In this document: in pieces, positions 48,601 through 56,686 of the stretch
How positions within the stretch are numbered: position 1 is the stretch's first letter
How the letters are laid out: each line of letters starts with the position of its first letter
Source of the DNA: a virus
DNA length: 64,000 nucleotides
Reading direction: 5' to 3' (one strand)
IMG/VR virus record: IMGVR_UViG_3300021597_000002
Location: 14,303 to 78,302 of that record
Made by a program: the position numbers and the translations under genes
Notes under the pieces: model-generated
Database searches by the model: none
The model's input: only the letters and a program-made list of their open reading frames with translations
Told to the model about the DNA's origin: nothing

Positions 48601-49687
48601 CATAATCTTCCGCTGTGAGCGTGCTTGTGTCCCAATTTGACGCTTTAATACGATCAACGATCGCTTTTACTTTGTTGTTGATCGCTTCTCGGGTTTTTAC
48701 GCCACTGGCTTTTAGACCAAACTCACGATCGCCAGCAAATGCGATAGGCTTGAATATCTGGTTGAAAGTAGCTTCTAACTCATTGATATCTTTAGCTGCC
48801 AATAGAGCTTGCACCTGTTCATCTGTCGCGCTATCAAGCACAGCATGGTCATGCACAAACTGTAATGGTAAGTCTAATTCCTCTCCATCAGCTTCAGCGA
48901 TCGCTTTTTTGAAGTCTTCAATGCGCATTGTAGAGATCGGTCCCAAGAACAGATCAGAATCATACTGCTTTAGATAAGCGTCTCGGGCTTGCTCTTTGTT
49001 GTCAAAGCCTAGCATTACCTTGTCTTCGTCAAAGAACTCAGGACAAGCGCAGTCTTGAACGTGCTCCTTACATTGAGGGCAGTATTTTGATGACCATTGT
49101 TTGATTTTTTCGATCGCATGTTGCTTCACGATGTAAACGTGATCGGCTTTTCGGTTCGGACCTACATAACAATCAATACCTTCCTGATCGGTTCCTTTGG
49201 TCGATCTTATGTACCCGTAGTCATAATGCATTGACACTGCCCATTCGCTACCATCAGGGTCTAGACCTGAACGTTTAGTGCCTGCCTTGTTTTCAATGGA
49301 AATCGGTAAACCTTGGAACTGATAACGGTCCTGCAGCTTGAATGATTGTGGTTTGGTCGTGAAGGATGGTTCTTCATCTTCCGCGCTATCAAACACAACA
49401 TCACGGTGTGGGTACGGTTTTTGCTCACCTTCAATAAACGTAATAGAAAAACCTTGTTCAATCGCGGCTTTAGTGGTGAACGAGTAATGAGCACTCATTG
49501 GTGCCATTTCTGGAAGCTGAGCAATTCGTCCGTCTGGGGTCATGCCATGAAAACGGATGAAATTTTTTATCATCGTCTGATCTTCGGCTGTGCCATCCAT
49601 TTCGACGGTTGCTTTTTGTTCCCAGTGAGAGTCAATCAGAATGGAAACTTCTGATTTAAAAGGGGTTGTTATTAAGAATCTGTACAT
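42641..49687 (-). CDS. darB: DarB-like virion-packaged methyltransferase-SNF2 helicase with an N-terminal InPase-like domain
   Basis: VLEPSAGAG and GNIPFG (MTase); DVGLGKT, IIDEAH, QRNGRGVRQGN (SF2); ISIENKAG..YGYI..DEDKVMLGF (InPase). Confidence 0.92.
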   Translation of the reverse strand: MYRFLITTPFKSEVSILIDSHWEQKATVEMDGTAEDQTMIKNFIRFHGMTPDGRIAQLPEMAPMSAHYSFTTKAAIEQGFSITFIEGEQKPYPHRDVVFDSAEDEEPSFTTKPQSFKLQDRYQFQGLPISIENKAGTKRSGLDPDGSEWAVSMHYDYGYIRSTKGTDQEGIDCYVGPNRKADHVYIVKQHAIEKIKQWSSKYCPQCKEHVQDCACPEFFDEDKVMLGFDNKEQARDAYLKQYDSDLFLGPISTMRIEDFKKAIAEADGEELDLPLQFVHDHAVLDSATDEQVQALLAAKDINELEATFNQIFKPIAFAGDREFGLKASGVKTREAINNKVKAIVDRIKASNWDTSTLTAEDYDLLVQYSGRGGLSENSQYEYYTPTYIAEGCWELLSANGFDNGNVLEPSAGAGVFNATKHQGVKMTATEIDPISSAVNKILHPEDNVFNQSFEKMAVESPDNHFDSVIGNIPFGSARGASAHDDPDHKSEKLIERYFINRLIDKVKPSGLLVLVVPVNIVRERGKAWQKWRAKISKKAEFLGAHKLPSKTFGKQGTGVVTDIIVLRKHSKNAAEKIAQLPMEQLQAANVLWDTFLEGKWWERDGKPFIHGKFVPKDASKVRDDDKVIRDASVTDVALKRKLAAKFHSRIDWEALDTAEPAIKNYVEGDRRVIDERTYEFTRGNWEPVDALQTTTDIDESKYGVASLEALQGLLESNHGLMSLSVKQAFAAMKAWGHLFSKPQKQAIEFAMTQPSDEYREQIFRGSLIGADLARFQNDTNQGNWNATEQMRLQELVANEINKYGHPKQNKGLILAGERSRYFGVFSNAMDENGDYSTLLTGEVSTKGLAFDDTNPHAIVEHLYLREGMMHITLEDIQQLYKGKTPIQSLSDLADDKNLAIHPDGLVMPMSRFCSGDVYQKVLTLSHALNVETDPKLKAKYQQQLEEIEQRRYKTQPENIAFSMRHKWIDRQYVLEFMHEKGYSNLDYLVDKKQVATDDDTGGSFVENVKVRDTSSPFGEFVGYEDNQGFNKQLNSWLNGGNVTSSKQEYIEEYKERVARLDEEFRLWMQQHKDIDDLAELYNQKFNSYIPFEHSDADLGLEGVSAMVKPHGYQCSAVRRLSEDGSGILGFDVGLGKTFSALALAAYNKQMGRANKTLIVVPNSVLANWYHEAKMFHGNLDNALFVGFKPKLDKDGQIQREAVKDEKGNPKKNKHTGDVEYQDILIKESAEEVFDKMHQIPQTSKSLVVMTFEKYKEIQMRPVNKHKYADKWVEKSLISDQMAASTVAGDDFSLGKGKDKISYKEAVRREALQQRFLEDGGHKKGEYPYFEDMGFQSVIIDEAHAFKNSFKAGDKTANIAYLPNPTESQRAIDMAMKMAYLRDQNEGRGPVLLSATPVTNSPLEIFNMLSLVLPVEEFEKFGVYTADDFVRVFGKVETVEKMTVKGEIVQKDGLVGFQNLDGLRNLFHRYTLMRNAEDVSLALPDAPETHESVDMTADQESAYESLREEAKEASKPARQRSANARALFAVMRDMDKVTTDMDLFNQAMTFTFPASKAKAVDQLIAALPASIEAERIEQTEDGEEVKRKVSIELDYQRKDESDSIVLVVPDVYEQAVLDRLNDAAIKPADVSHPLTPKYAKLVANLKAELEVKGKQIIFTEEKTQHHKLKRIIVNQLGLDEKQIGIINGSDAAGAKLQRIADAYNAGDIKIVICNKKAEVGVNLQKGTSAIHHLTLPWTPASIQQRNGRGVRQGNTASKVSLYYYLGKGSFDGYRLDLLNKKKSWMRDLFNGTESEAVNGNAIDNDDYLDMFEADPEAAKAKRMERLAQKQAERKRKSDLKCAVDLSQVIGLRSQLASWEADKAEDYNRLVERKDKAQASLSRIKEKGEDSSKAEQALARINKSLQDHDAKWEEDKAKLESRLSQRMTFLKQKASAGELPFDSTIIENPENAIVARDGSVLTVGTYFETDFGAILRIEQVEQSSRSVHYSVPVGDVSYYWWGRRNGEFMKADLDSMPDGLKHVSLSDDEVRVKQILSITYTYNTLSKLKKDQFVKYRDDIKLQGYGNFLFRVNGELTLASADQHPTEMLVYPDVSDNALKREIALHYLKLRREDKPMYAWREVVKPFFGDFYDQEIAEYGQKASQADVLAMCDKAWMDYQPTLLEGIQLSSSLKGLPAAIAKHQAYRLARQDFQESAEDKAAELGDNRMEINRWVREFISGLENKLLDEAETAKRQAADAELEELKKNPAFKELPAEVKKGFEDIGVTARYNYKDVSIPRNGRYRARSLSAFQYFFLKDENGKAGKLFAAKDILKNRFGAKFCTAEGDWDGSWWYFPVSVDVKEVFEIIA

Positions 49688-49882
49688 TCAGCGTATGGCG
49701 GGAGGTTCGCCATCCTCCTTTTGATGGGCAAACATTAATGTTCATCGGGAGGGTAACAAGCTCAATGAATACAGGCATCCACATAAAATTGTCAAAAGGT
49801 GGTCTACAATAAAAATTAACATAATAATTAACGTATAAATTACGCTTTCAGTTGGCGGTCGAATAGATATGTAGAGGACGGA

Positions 49883-50635
49883 ATGACCGCAAATAAGTAT
49901 AAAGACTGCTTAAAGAAGAATAAGCATCTATGCCAACGGTGTTACCCACGAAAGGACACGTCCATTCATTATGGGATTCATGCGGGACAGTTCGTGCTGT
50001 GTGATTGTCTGATTGCTGAATTGATGCGATATCCTGGTCCTGCCGGCATTAAAGGGCTTAATTCAGAATTTCTCATAATGAACTGCCATTATAGGGAGTT
50101 GGTGGATTTACCTTGTGGGTATAGCTTTTACGGTAAGCGACTTGAAGAAATGCCATCCTGCGTTCGTCATGAGACTGCCAAGAGCTACGACATGCAAGAT
50201 CGCCTCATTATGGAAGAGCGTCAGGCGATGATTTTTGCAGATTGCGACTACTTTTTCGGAGACAGTATCAAATTGCATACTGTTGAAACTCAGAAATACC
50301 CCCTAATTGACCTAAGCGGAAATTTGATCGGGATCGCTTTTTTGATAAATGATTTTTTCCGTCCTATGGATTCTAGACATGTAAAGCTGCCTGACTTTGC
50401 TGACCTTTCCACTCCTCTTAGCATGGCGGAATCTCGTCTCGTATTTTGTAAAAAAATGGGATTGTCTGACAAAGAATCCGCAGAAAGACTAGGGATTACG
50501 CCATCTACCGTGCGATCTCTCAAAGCTCGTATCCGTGATAAGACTGGTTACAGCGTGTCAGAACTTCGTACTTTATTATCCAGCCACTCATCATTTCGAC
50601 TTATCACCAAGAGCGATTCATTCAGGATACGCTAG
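49883..50635 (+). CDS. PAS + LuxR-HTH regulator, VqmA-like
   Basis: PGPAGIKGLNSEF..NCHYRELV..EMPS..SYDMQDRLI..QKYPLIDLSGNLIG (PAS) and LSMAESRLVF..GLSDKESAERLGITPSTV..RIRDK (LuxR HTH). Confidence 0.85.
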   Translation: MTANKYKDCLKKNKHLCQRCYPRKDTSIHYGIHAGQFVLCDCLIAELMRYPGPAGIKGLNSEFLIMNCHYRELVDLPCGYSFYGKRLEEMPSCVRHETAKSYDMQDRLIMEERQAMIFADCDYFFGDSIKLHTVETQKYPLIDLSGNLIGIAFLINDFFRPMDSRHVKLPDFADLSTPLSMAESRLVFCKKMGLSDKESAERLGITPSTVRSLKARIRDKTGYSVSELRTLLSSHSSFRLITKSDSFRIR

Positions 50636-50638
50636 ATT

Positions 50639-50658
50639 TGTGGACACTTTTGTCTACA
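50639..50658. promoter_or_regulatory. 20-bp palindrome, candidate class II activator site
   Basis: TGTGGACA-CTTT-TGTCTACA, centred at -43.5 relative to a CATACT -10 at 50680-50685. Confidence 0.55.
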
Positions 50659-50727
50659 TACACCATAAGTATGTTTATGCATACTCGCCCTTACTGAGTC
50701 TTTGAATTATATAAAAAAGATTAAAAA

Positions 50728-50747
50728 TACTGTATAAATAAACAGTA
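50728..50747. promoter_or_regulatory. LexA (SOS) box
   Basis: TACTGTATAAATAAACAGTA = CTG-N10-CAG consensus. Confidence 0.9.
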
Positions 50748-50793
50748 TATAACTGACGTTAGTTCAAATTCGACCTAGAAGGAGAAATATGTA

Positions 50794-51351
50794 GTGCTAG
50801 GTGATTACATCCATACAGTTTTAGCCCACATTGAAAATACGGATTTTGGGACAGGATATCTGGAATCAGAAGGACGCAAGAGCGAAGCAAATGCCACCAG
50901 CCACCAGCAAAAAGGAGGCAAGCAAGAATTTATTCCGTGTGGGGATAAGGCTAACTTCCCATACAACGAAGAAACACGAAAGGCGGTCCTGTCAATCTTT
51001 CTCGGGGCGCGTATTCATGATGCTGCTGTCATGATTAGTGTTGCAGACCGAACGATGCGTGATCGCTTCCTGACTTACTGTAAGCACGCAAATCCAGATC
51101 AGTTTGAGCGGATTTATGAGCGAGCAGTCCATCAAGGATATTCAACGCCACCAGTCGAGCTATTTCAGCCTTACGTGTTGGATTTCTTTACACAAGCGGA
51201 TCTGCCTGTATTGCACAGTGAGGCTAAGGTTTTACCGACAGCCAAAGAGCTGGCTGAAGAAAGCCTAGAGAAAGCGAAGCTGGAACTCTCCCTAGCTCGC
51301 ATTCGATTGAGTGTGGTAGAAGGTATGACAAGAATTTTAGGGTGCGAATAA
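50794..51351 (+). CDS. SOS-regulated HTH protein; paralog of 33332-33748
   Basis: LexA box and AAGGAG RBS upstream; HTH-like GARIHDAAVMISVADRTMRDRF; terminal coiled coil. Confidence 0.72.
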   Translation: MLGDYIHTVLAHIENTDFGTGYLESEGRKSEANATSHQQKGGKQEFIPCGDKANFPYNEETRKAVLSIFLGARIHDAAVMISVADRTMRDRFLTYCKHANPDQFERIYERAVHQGYSTPPVELFQPYVLDFFTQADLPVLHSEAKVLPTAKELAEESLEKAKLELSLARIRLSVVEGMTRILGCE

Positions 51352-51392
51352 AAAACCGGCTCCGTATCGTACTTGGAGCCGGAATGTAAGTA

Positions 51393-53159
51393 TTAAATTA
51401 GTGGTAGTTCAGTATCTGATTGATACCAGTCGGGTGCTTGATTGTTGCAGGCTAGATAAAAGGCGCTTTGGGGAAGTGGTTTAATCCCTCGTGCTGATAA
51501 TTCATGAAGATACATGAATATTTCTGCCTGCACTCTTTCTCTAAAGAAGTGTCGGGTTTGGTCTTGCTTGCCACTCATCACAGTTACACCGTAAATTTGC
51601 TTGCGCTGTCTAGGCGCCTTGGCTGGAAATAGCTGACAAGTTCCAAGCGTCCGAGTCCATCCCCACTTTTTATTGTGGGCATTAGTCTTCCCTTTTCCCG
51701 TTAATGCTTGTTGCCATGCTTCATCAGAAGCCATACGATGCCCATCTTGCCATGATAGTGTCGCAATTACTTTCTTTACTGCATTGGCAAAACTTGTTCC
51801 ATGGACCTGCTTTTCGAGCTGCTTTTTCTGGCGTTGTATGAGGGTATCGTTAACGCCTGTCATCATACCAACCATTAACGTAAACATTTCTTCGTCACTG
51901 TCATACAAGGCGTACATGCTTTCAAGTGAGGAAAATTGCTGGATCCCCATGGAGGCAACCTCGGTCGCGCCACTCTCATACACTTTTCCGACATACGGTG
52001 AATAAAAGTTATCTGGGATAGCTATCTCATCACTTTTGTATGATCGGTTGTTGGTCAGTTCGCTGAGTCGTTGTGGGGAGCCAGAGGCACGCTTTTGGAT
52101 AAACCGCTGATTGGCTAATTTAACTGACTCGTCAGCTTCAAGTAGGTGGCTCATTTCGTGGAATAGCGTGCGACGGTCAAAATCATGATCAATATCAATG
52201 GTAGCGGTATTGATTATGGCACTGGCTCGTTTGCTACCAGTTGTTACCAATCGGACATTATCGAGCCTACCGTTAAGCAAGCGATAATATGTTGCCATGT
52301 CACGGCGGACTTCTGACTCTGGGTAGCCTGATTTTCGCATTCTGGCGATAGCAGACGCACTGATCTCTTGATGGGTAGCCCAGAGGTCAGCCTCTTCCTG
52401 AGAGACGCTAGAATGTGCAAGCAGGGAGTCATACACACTGGACATCAACTCTGTCCCTATCCGCTTCTTTTGATCTTGTAACGCTTGAAGTTGAAGTCGT
52501 GCGGTTTGGTCTAATTCTTCACTGGATGCCATAAGCACAGGGTCTATTTGCGTCCGGTGAGCAGACTCAATGGCAGAGCGAATCATTTCAAATTCGGACA
52601 TTAGAGCTTCACTTTGCCCTTGTTCGTGAATTTGACCGATCACCCCACGGGCTTTCTCTGCGAGTGGAGAGATGTATTCATTTTCAAGTCGCTCAATCTT
52701 TTTATTGATATCTGGGTTACTACGCAGCAATTCGTTAATGTTATGAGCGACATCTTTAAGTAATTGCGCTTTTTCTGACTCAATTACTTTGCTGAGAAAT
52801 TGCTCGCCATGCTGCTGCCAGAATTGTCGCTGTCGTTCATCAAGATCGTCAGGAACAATATAGGCTTGTCGTACACTGTTTAGATCAGCACCCTGCTCTG
52901 ATATCAATTCTAGTCGGTTGTCATTGTATCGGCTCAACTCAACTTGCAGCGAGACAATATCGCGCCAAACTTGAAATTTTTCTAAATCATCCTCGGTGTC
53001 GATTAGCTTTTGTTTTAGTGCCTTAGCTTGGTGCGTTTGGGCACTTATCATTTCGCCAAAAGCCGCAAGAAAGACGGCGCTAAGACCGTCTATCTCGCTG
53101 GATGCTTGTATGGCGGAAATGACTGCCTTCTTTTTAGGCTGGGAGTCTTTTTTCGACAT
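51393..53159 (-). CDS. ddrB: DdrB-like protein with a zincin motif
   Basis: LFHEMSHLLE, PYVGKVY, TEVASMG; position after ddrA. Confidence 0.7.
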   Translation of the reverse strand: MSKKDSQPKKKAVISAIQASSEIDGLSAVFLAAFGEMISAQTHQAKALKQKLIDTEDDLEKFQVWRDIVSLQVELSRYNDNRLELISEQGADLNSVRQAYIVPDDLDERQRQFWQQHGEQFLSKVIESEKAQLLKDVAHNINELLRSNPDINKKIERLENEYISPLAEKARGVIGQIHEQGQSEALMSEFEMIRSAIESAHRTQIDPVLMASSEELDQTARLQLQALQDQKKRIGTELMSSVYDSLLAHSSVSQEEADLWATHQEISASAIARMRKSGYPESEVRRDMATYYRLLNGRLDNVRLVTTGSKRASAIINTATIDIDHDFDRRTLFHEMSHLLEADESVKLANQRFIQKRASGSPQRLSELTNNRSYKSDEIAIPDNFYSPYVGKVYESGATEVASMGIQQFSSLESMYALYDSDEEMFTLMVGMMTGVNDTLIQRQKKQLEKQVHGTSFANAVKKVIATLSWQDGHRMASDEAWQQALTGKGKTNAHNKKWGWTRTLGTCQLFPAKAPRQRKQIYGVTVMSGKQDQTRHFFRERVQAEIFMYLHELSARGIKPLPQSAFYLACNNQAPDWYQSDTELPLI

Positions 53160-53445
53160 AGTTAACTACTGGTTGCTTTACGGACTCAAATTCGCCCGAC
53201 TCTTCTGATATTTCACGCACAATAGCGATAAACTTAACTGGCTCTAGGTGATCAAATTTGCCACCAATGAGTTCATCAAGGCGAGAAGCGAGCTTTTTAG
53301 CACCACCCACAATCTGAGCGCGAATAGCCTTTATTTGTTTGGCAATTTTCAACTTCTCTATCCCTTTAATTGACGCGCTTTTAATTTGCACTCTCAACTG
53401 GCGTATTTCCTTCGCCAGTTTGAGTTTTTCTACACCAGATAACAT
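53134..53445 (-). CDS. ddrA: DdrA-like protein
   Basis: Repeated N-terminal helices, GGKFD..FI..ESVKQ; dar operon order. Confidence 0.65.
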   Translation of the reverse strand: MLSGVEKLKLAKEIRQLRVQIKSASIKGIEKLKIAKQIKAIRAQIVGGAKKLASRLDELIGGKFDHLEPVKFIAIVREISEESGEFESVKQPVVNYVEKRLPA

Positions 53446-53450
53446 GCTTA

Positions 53451-54974
53451 TTACTCCTGCTTCTCATCAAGCTCTGCGTATTTTTCTACCGCTGAGCCGA
53501 TCAGGGCATCGAATTGATCCACCAGCCCCAGTTTTTCTAACTCTTCGCTGGCTTCTTCTATCATTTCAAGCACATCATCTGCAGCAACATCATCATGTAC
53601 ACCATTAATGATATCTTCTAATGTTAGTACTGCTTGAGGCTTATCACCTATAGATTGATCTTTCATTTCATCACTTTCCCCTTCTTGGGACTCTTCCGGT
53701 GTGTTTGTTGCCTCCGGTGACGGCGTATCTGCAGACGTTGATGATGCTTCTGGCGAATCCGGCGTAGCTTGTTCATCCTTATCTTCCTTGCTGCCAGCGG
53801 CATTACTATGCAAAGACCAAACACTATTTCGAGCTGAAATGATCGGCTTATCGAGGACTTTCTGTGCTTCAGAGATAAAATCTAGTGCAGCATCAACGAC
53901 TTCAGAGTGCCCATTGTTATGTCGAGTCTTTAGCTTGTTAACAATGGAATTGACAAAGAGTGAGCGAGTTAACCCTTTCTCTTCACCACGGTCAATAGCA
54001 GCGATCGTGCTCATCGACGAAACCACATCATTGAATAGCCCAGAATCAACCAGCTTAAACCGTTCTAATGTCGCATTTTCTTCGGGAGCAGGTTCGCCTT
54101 CACCTTGCGCTGGGGTTTGCTCTGGCTTTGGCTTTGGCTTTGGCTCAGGCTGAGCTGCTTTTAGCGCGGCAATCTTCTCCCGCAGGCTATCGTTATACGC
54201 TTGACGGCTGGCGAGTTCTTCAGATTTCACCGTAACCATGTGTTCAAGCTCTTGATCGCGGGTTTCTAACTGTGAAACTTCAGTTGTCAGTTGATTGAGT
54301 TCATCAAGCAGTGCATTAGAGGACTCTTGAAGGCTGGCTAATTGATTTCGAGCATCATTGACTTCTTTTTGCTTCGCTTGGAACGCTTCTGAGTTAGCGC
54401 CGGCAAGATTACCAATGCGCTTTCCAATCGTTGAGAGCGATACTTCACGCATTTTCCCTTGATTCATTTCAGGGGCGACAACCTGAGTAATATCTCGCTT
54501 GTTTAGTAGCCAACGAAAGGCAATGACCACATCATCAGGCTTAAATACCTTTGGATCTTCGTCAGGTGCATGGAAAACTACGCTCACTGCCTGCCCGTCA
54601 CTTAACGAAAATTGTGCCGCAACGGTAGCGAAGAGGTTGTTTTTCTTTGGCTCACCGACTTCATGATCTGTCACAGTAATATTGCTGCTTGATAAGGCTC
54701 GGTTTAGTGCTCTAGCCAACGCTTTCATTGTGCGAGGGAATGAGGCATAACTGGTTGTCACCGCATCCAGAATAAAACCATCATGCTTGCCAACGAGTTC
54801 CCCCTCAACATACGCAGCATCCATGACTGACAAAGGCTCAACCTCAAACATTAACGCTTCTTGTTCTGGATCTGCGGTTAGCTGATACATTGCTTCTTTG
54901 ATTTGAGAGCGAGTAAAGCCTTTTGCCAGTGGGTCCGGCATGGCAAAAACTTTTAATCCTTTCACTGGGTTCAT
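53451..54974 (-). CDS. darA: DarA antirestriction/head protein
   Basis: LSDGQAVSVVFHAP, AFRWLLNKRDITQVVAP. Confidence 0.88.
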   Translation of the reverse strand: MNPVKGLKVFAMPDPLAKGFTRSQIKEAMYQLTADPEQEALMFEVEPLSVMDAAYVEGELVGKHDGFILDAVTTSYASFPRTMKALARALNRALSSSNITVTDHEVGEPKKNNLFATVAAQFSLSDGQAVSVVFHAPDEDPKVFKPDDVVIAFRWLLNKRDITQVVAPEMNQGKMREVSLSTIGKRIGNLAGANSEAFQAKQKEVNDARNQLASLQESSNALLDELNQLTTEVSQLETRDQELEHMVTVKSEELASRQAYNDSLREKIAALKAAQPEPKPKPKPEQTPAQGEGEPAPEENATLERFKLVDSGLFNDVVSSMSTIAAIDRGEEKGLTRSLFVNSIVNKLKTRHNNGHSEVVDAALDFISEAQKVLDKPIISARNSVWSLHSNAAGSKEDKDEQATPDSPEASSTSADTPSPEATNTPEESQEGESDEMKDQSIGDKPQAVLTLEDIINGVHDDVAADDVLEMIEEASEELEKLGLVDQFDALIGSAVEKYAELDEKQE

Positions 54975-55588
54975 GCTGCGGACTCCTCTAGCTGTTTTAG
55001 CTCCGCTTCTAGTTGCTCTGAAACAGAATATTCTTGGTTAATGTGGGTGCTGATATCTGACTTTCTTTGCTCTTTAGCTGGCAAACCGTCTTCTAATGCC
55101 TGCTTTTGCTTTCGTTTCTCAGCAACAGAAGCTTCCAAATCTTGCTTATCAGCGTTTGCCAGTGCTATCTGAGCTTTAAGTGATGTTTTAGCTCGGCTTG
55201 ATGAGTCTTTACTCGTACTGCTGGCTCTGGCTGCTCGTTTTTTTAATGTCTGTTGAAACTGCTTGCTGTTTGCACTGACCTTGCCGGCAATTTCTGCAAC
55301 GGCTTTTTTTAGATCGTCAACATGCTTGATTGGGATCACTCTTGTATTGAGGCGTACTTGGAAAATAGCCCCTTGCGCGGTTGCCTGAAGCATGAGCTTC
55401 TGACCATCGGCAAAATGAAGAGTGGCTTTTTTAGTCTGCACTCCAGACTGTCGTTTGGCTTTGTTGTCCGCTTCAACGCTTGTGACTTGGAGATCTTGAC
55501 GTTTAAATTCATCAATGACCTTCTTTAGTCCCTTTTCATTGAATTGGGCATAATCGAAAGATAAGTAACTCACGGGAACGCTCCACAC
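54971..55588 (-). CDS. hdf: Hdf (homolog of DarA fragment)
   Basis: NEKGLKKVI, KRQSGVQTK, DGQKL, GAIFQVRLN. Confidence 0.8.
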   Translation of the reverse strand: MWSVPVSYLSFDYAQFNEKGLKKVIDEFKRQDLQVTSVEADNKAKRQSGVQTKKATLHFADGQKLMLQATAQGAIFQVRLNTRVIPIKHVDDLKKAVAEIAGKVSANSKQFQQTLKKRAARASSTSKDSSSRAKTSLKAQIALANADKQDLEASVAEKRKQKQALEDGLPAKEQRKSDISTHINQEYSVSEQLEAELKQLEESAA

Positions 55589-55686
55589 TGTGATTGTGTT
55601 GTTAACAGTTCGATGGTAGAGCGCAGGGGGTAGGATCGCATCAACAGGAAAATTTACTCCCTCGTGTGAGAGAGTAAATAGGAGGA

Positions 55687-56241
55687 TTACAGACCAAGGT
55701 GCTTTTTGAGCTGGTTTACTTCTTCTTGCAGTTCTAGTGTTCGGCGCCCATTGTCGATGGTATACGCTGCCAGCTCTGCATAATCTGAGGCTGAAACTGG
55801 TTTAGATGGCAATGCTTGCTCAATGCTGTCTACAGGGACAGATGTTGCCCCTGACGGAAGCGTAATCTTAGCCAACATGATAGCGTTACTCGGCACGCTA
55901 TCTCGAACGTAAATACCGACAGAAGACGCTTGGTGAAGTGCATATTGTGCTTCGAGCACCACATATTGCGTTTTACCTGCAGTCAATGTTACCTGCTTGG
56001 TAACATTGTTTGGCATTCTTGCTGTCAGTGAATAAGTGCCGACTTCAAGAACCGCAATATTCTGATCACTTCCTGAGACTTCGACGGTTAGCCCCGTCTT
56101 TGGTTTGACCGAAAAGCCTGAGTAAACCCCTTTAGGTAGTAACCCCTGTAACTTTTGGTTCATGGACGCACCCGAGAAGTTTTCACGCCATGCTGTGTCT
56201 ACTCTCAAGTCGTCCATTGGCTGTTGTGGGTATGTATTCAT
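55687..56241 (-). CDS. Tail-fibre N-terminal anchor (P1 gpS N-terminus-like), short
   Basis: WRENFSGASMNQKLQGLLPKGVYSGF; follows gpR; only 184 aa. Confidence 0.7.
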   Translation of the reverse strand: MNTYPQQPMDDLRVDTAWRENFSGASMNQKLQGLLPKGVYSGFSVKPKTGLTVEVSGSDQNIAVLEVGTYSLTARMPNNVTKQVTLTAGKTQYVVLEAQYALHQASSVGIYVRDSVPSNAIMLAKITLPSGATSVPVDSIEQALPSKPVSASDYAELAAYTIDNGRRTLELQEEVNQLKKHLGL

Positions 56242-56244
56242 CCA

Positions 56245-56682
56245 TTACTCTCCGGAAATAGGGAAGTTAACGTATGGGTGTGTGTTAATGCCCTCTTCAG
56301 GTGTTACCCAATCTGGCAAATCAATACTGACGGCAACCAGGTCCCCGTCATCGTCATATAAGCCGGTTTGGCTGTATTGCTTCGGCTCTGATAAGGTATT
56401 TTCAGGCATGATACAGCGGAATAGTAATCGCCCATTAGCCCAAACAACATCTTCTGCAGGATTAATGGTCCCTTCAAAGAAAACGTTTTTGATATCGTTT
56501 TCTGCTGCATTGAATGGTGAGAGTGCTGGCGGGGTTTTGCTGTCATCCACCAGCAACGGATCATGACCAAACTTAAATTTAACGATCTTGAACTGTTTCG
56601 CCAGTCCTGCAATTGAGAGAGCATTTTTTTCGTAAAAACGAGGCAGTAGCTCTGCAATCTGCCATGGTTGGTTTGTCGACAT
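56245..56682 (-). CDS. P1 gpR-like tail fibre/baseplate protein
   Basis: AELLPRFYEKNALS..FKIVKFKFG...GLYDDDG; gene order. Confidence 0.7.
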   Translation of the reverse strand: MSTNQPWQIAELLPRFYEKNALSIAGLAKQFKIVKFKFGHDPLLVDDSKTPPALSPFNAAENDIKNVFFEGTINPAEDVVWANGRLLFRCIMPENTLSEPKQYSQTGLYDDDGDLVAVSIDLPDWVTPEEGINTHPYVNFPISGE

Positions 56683-56686
56683 AGCG

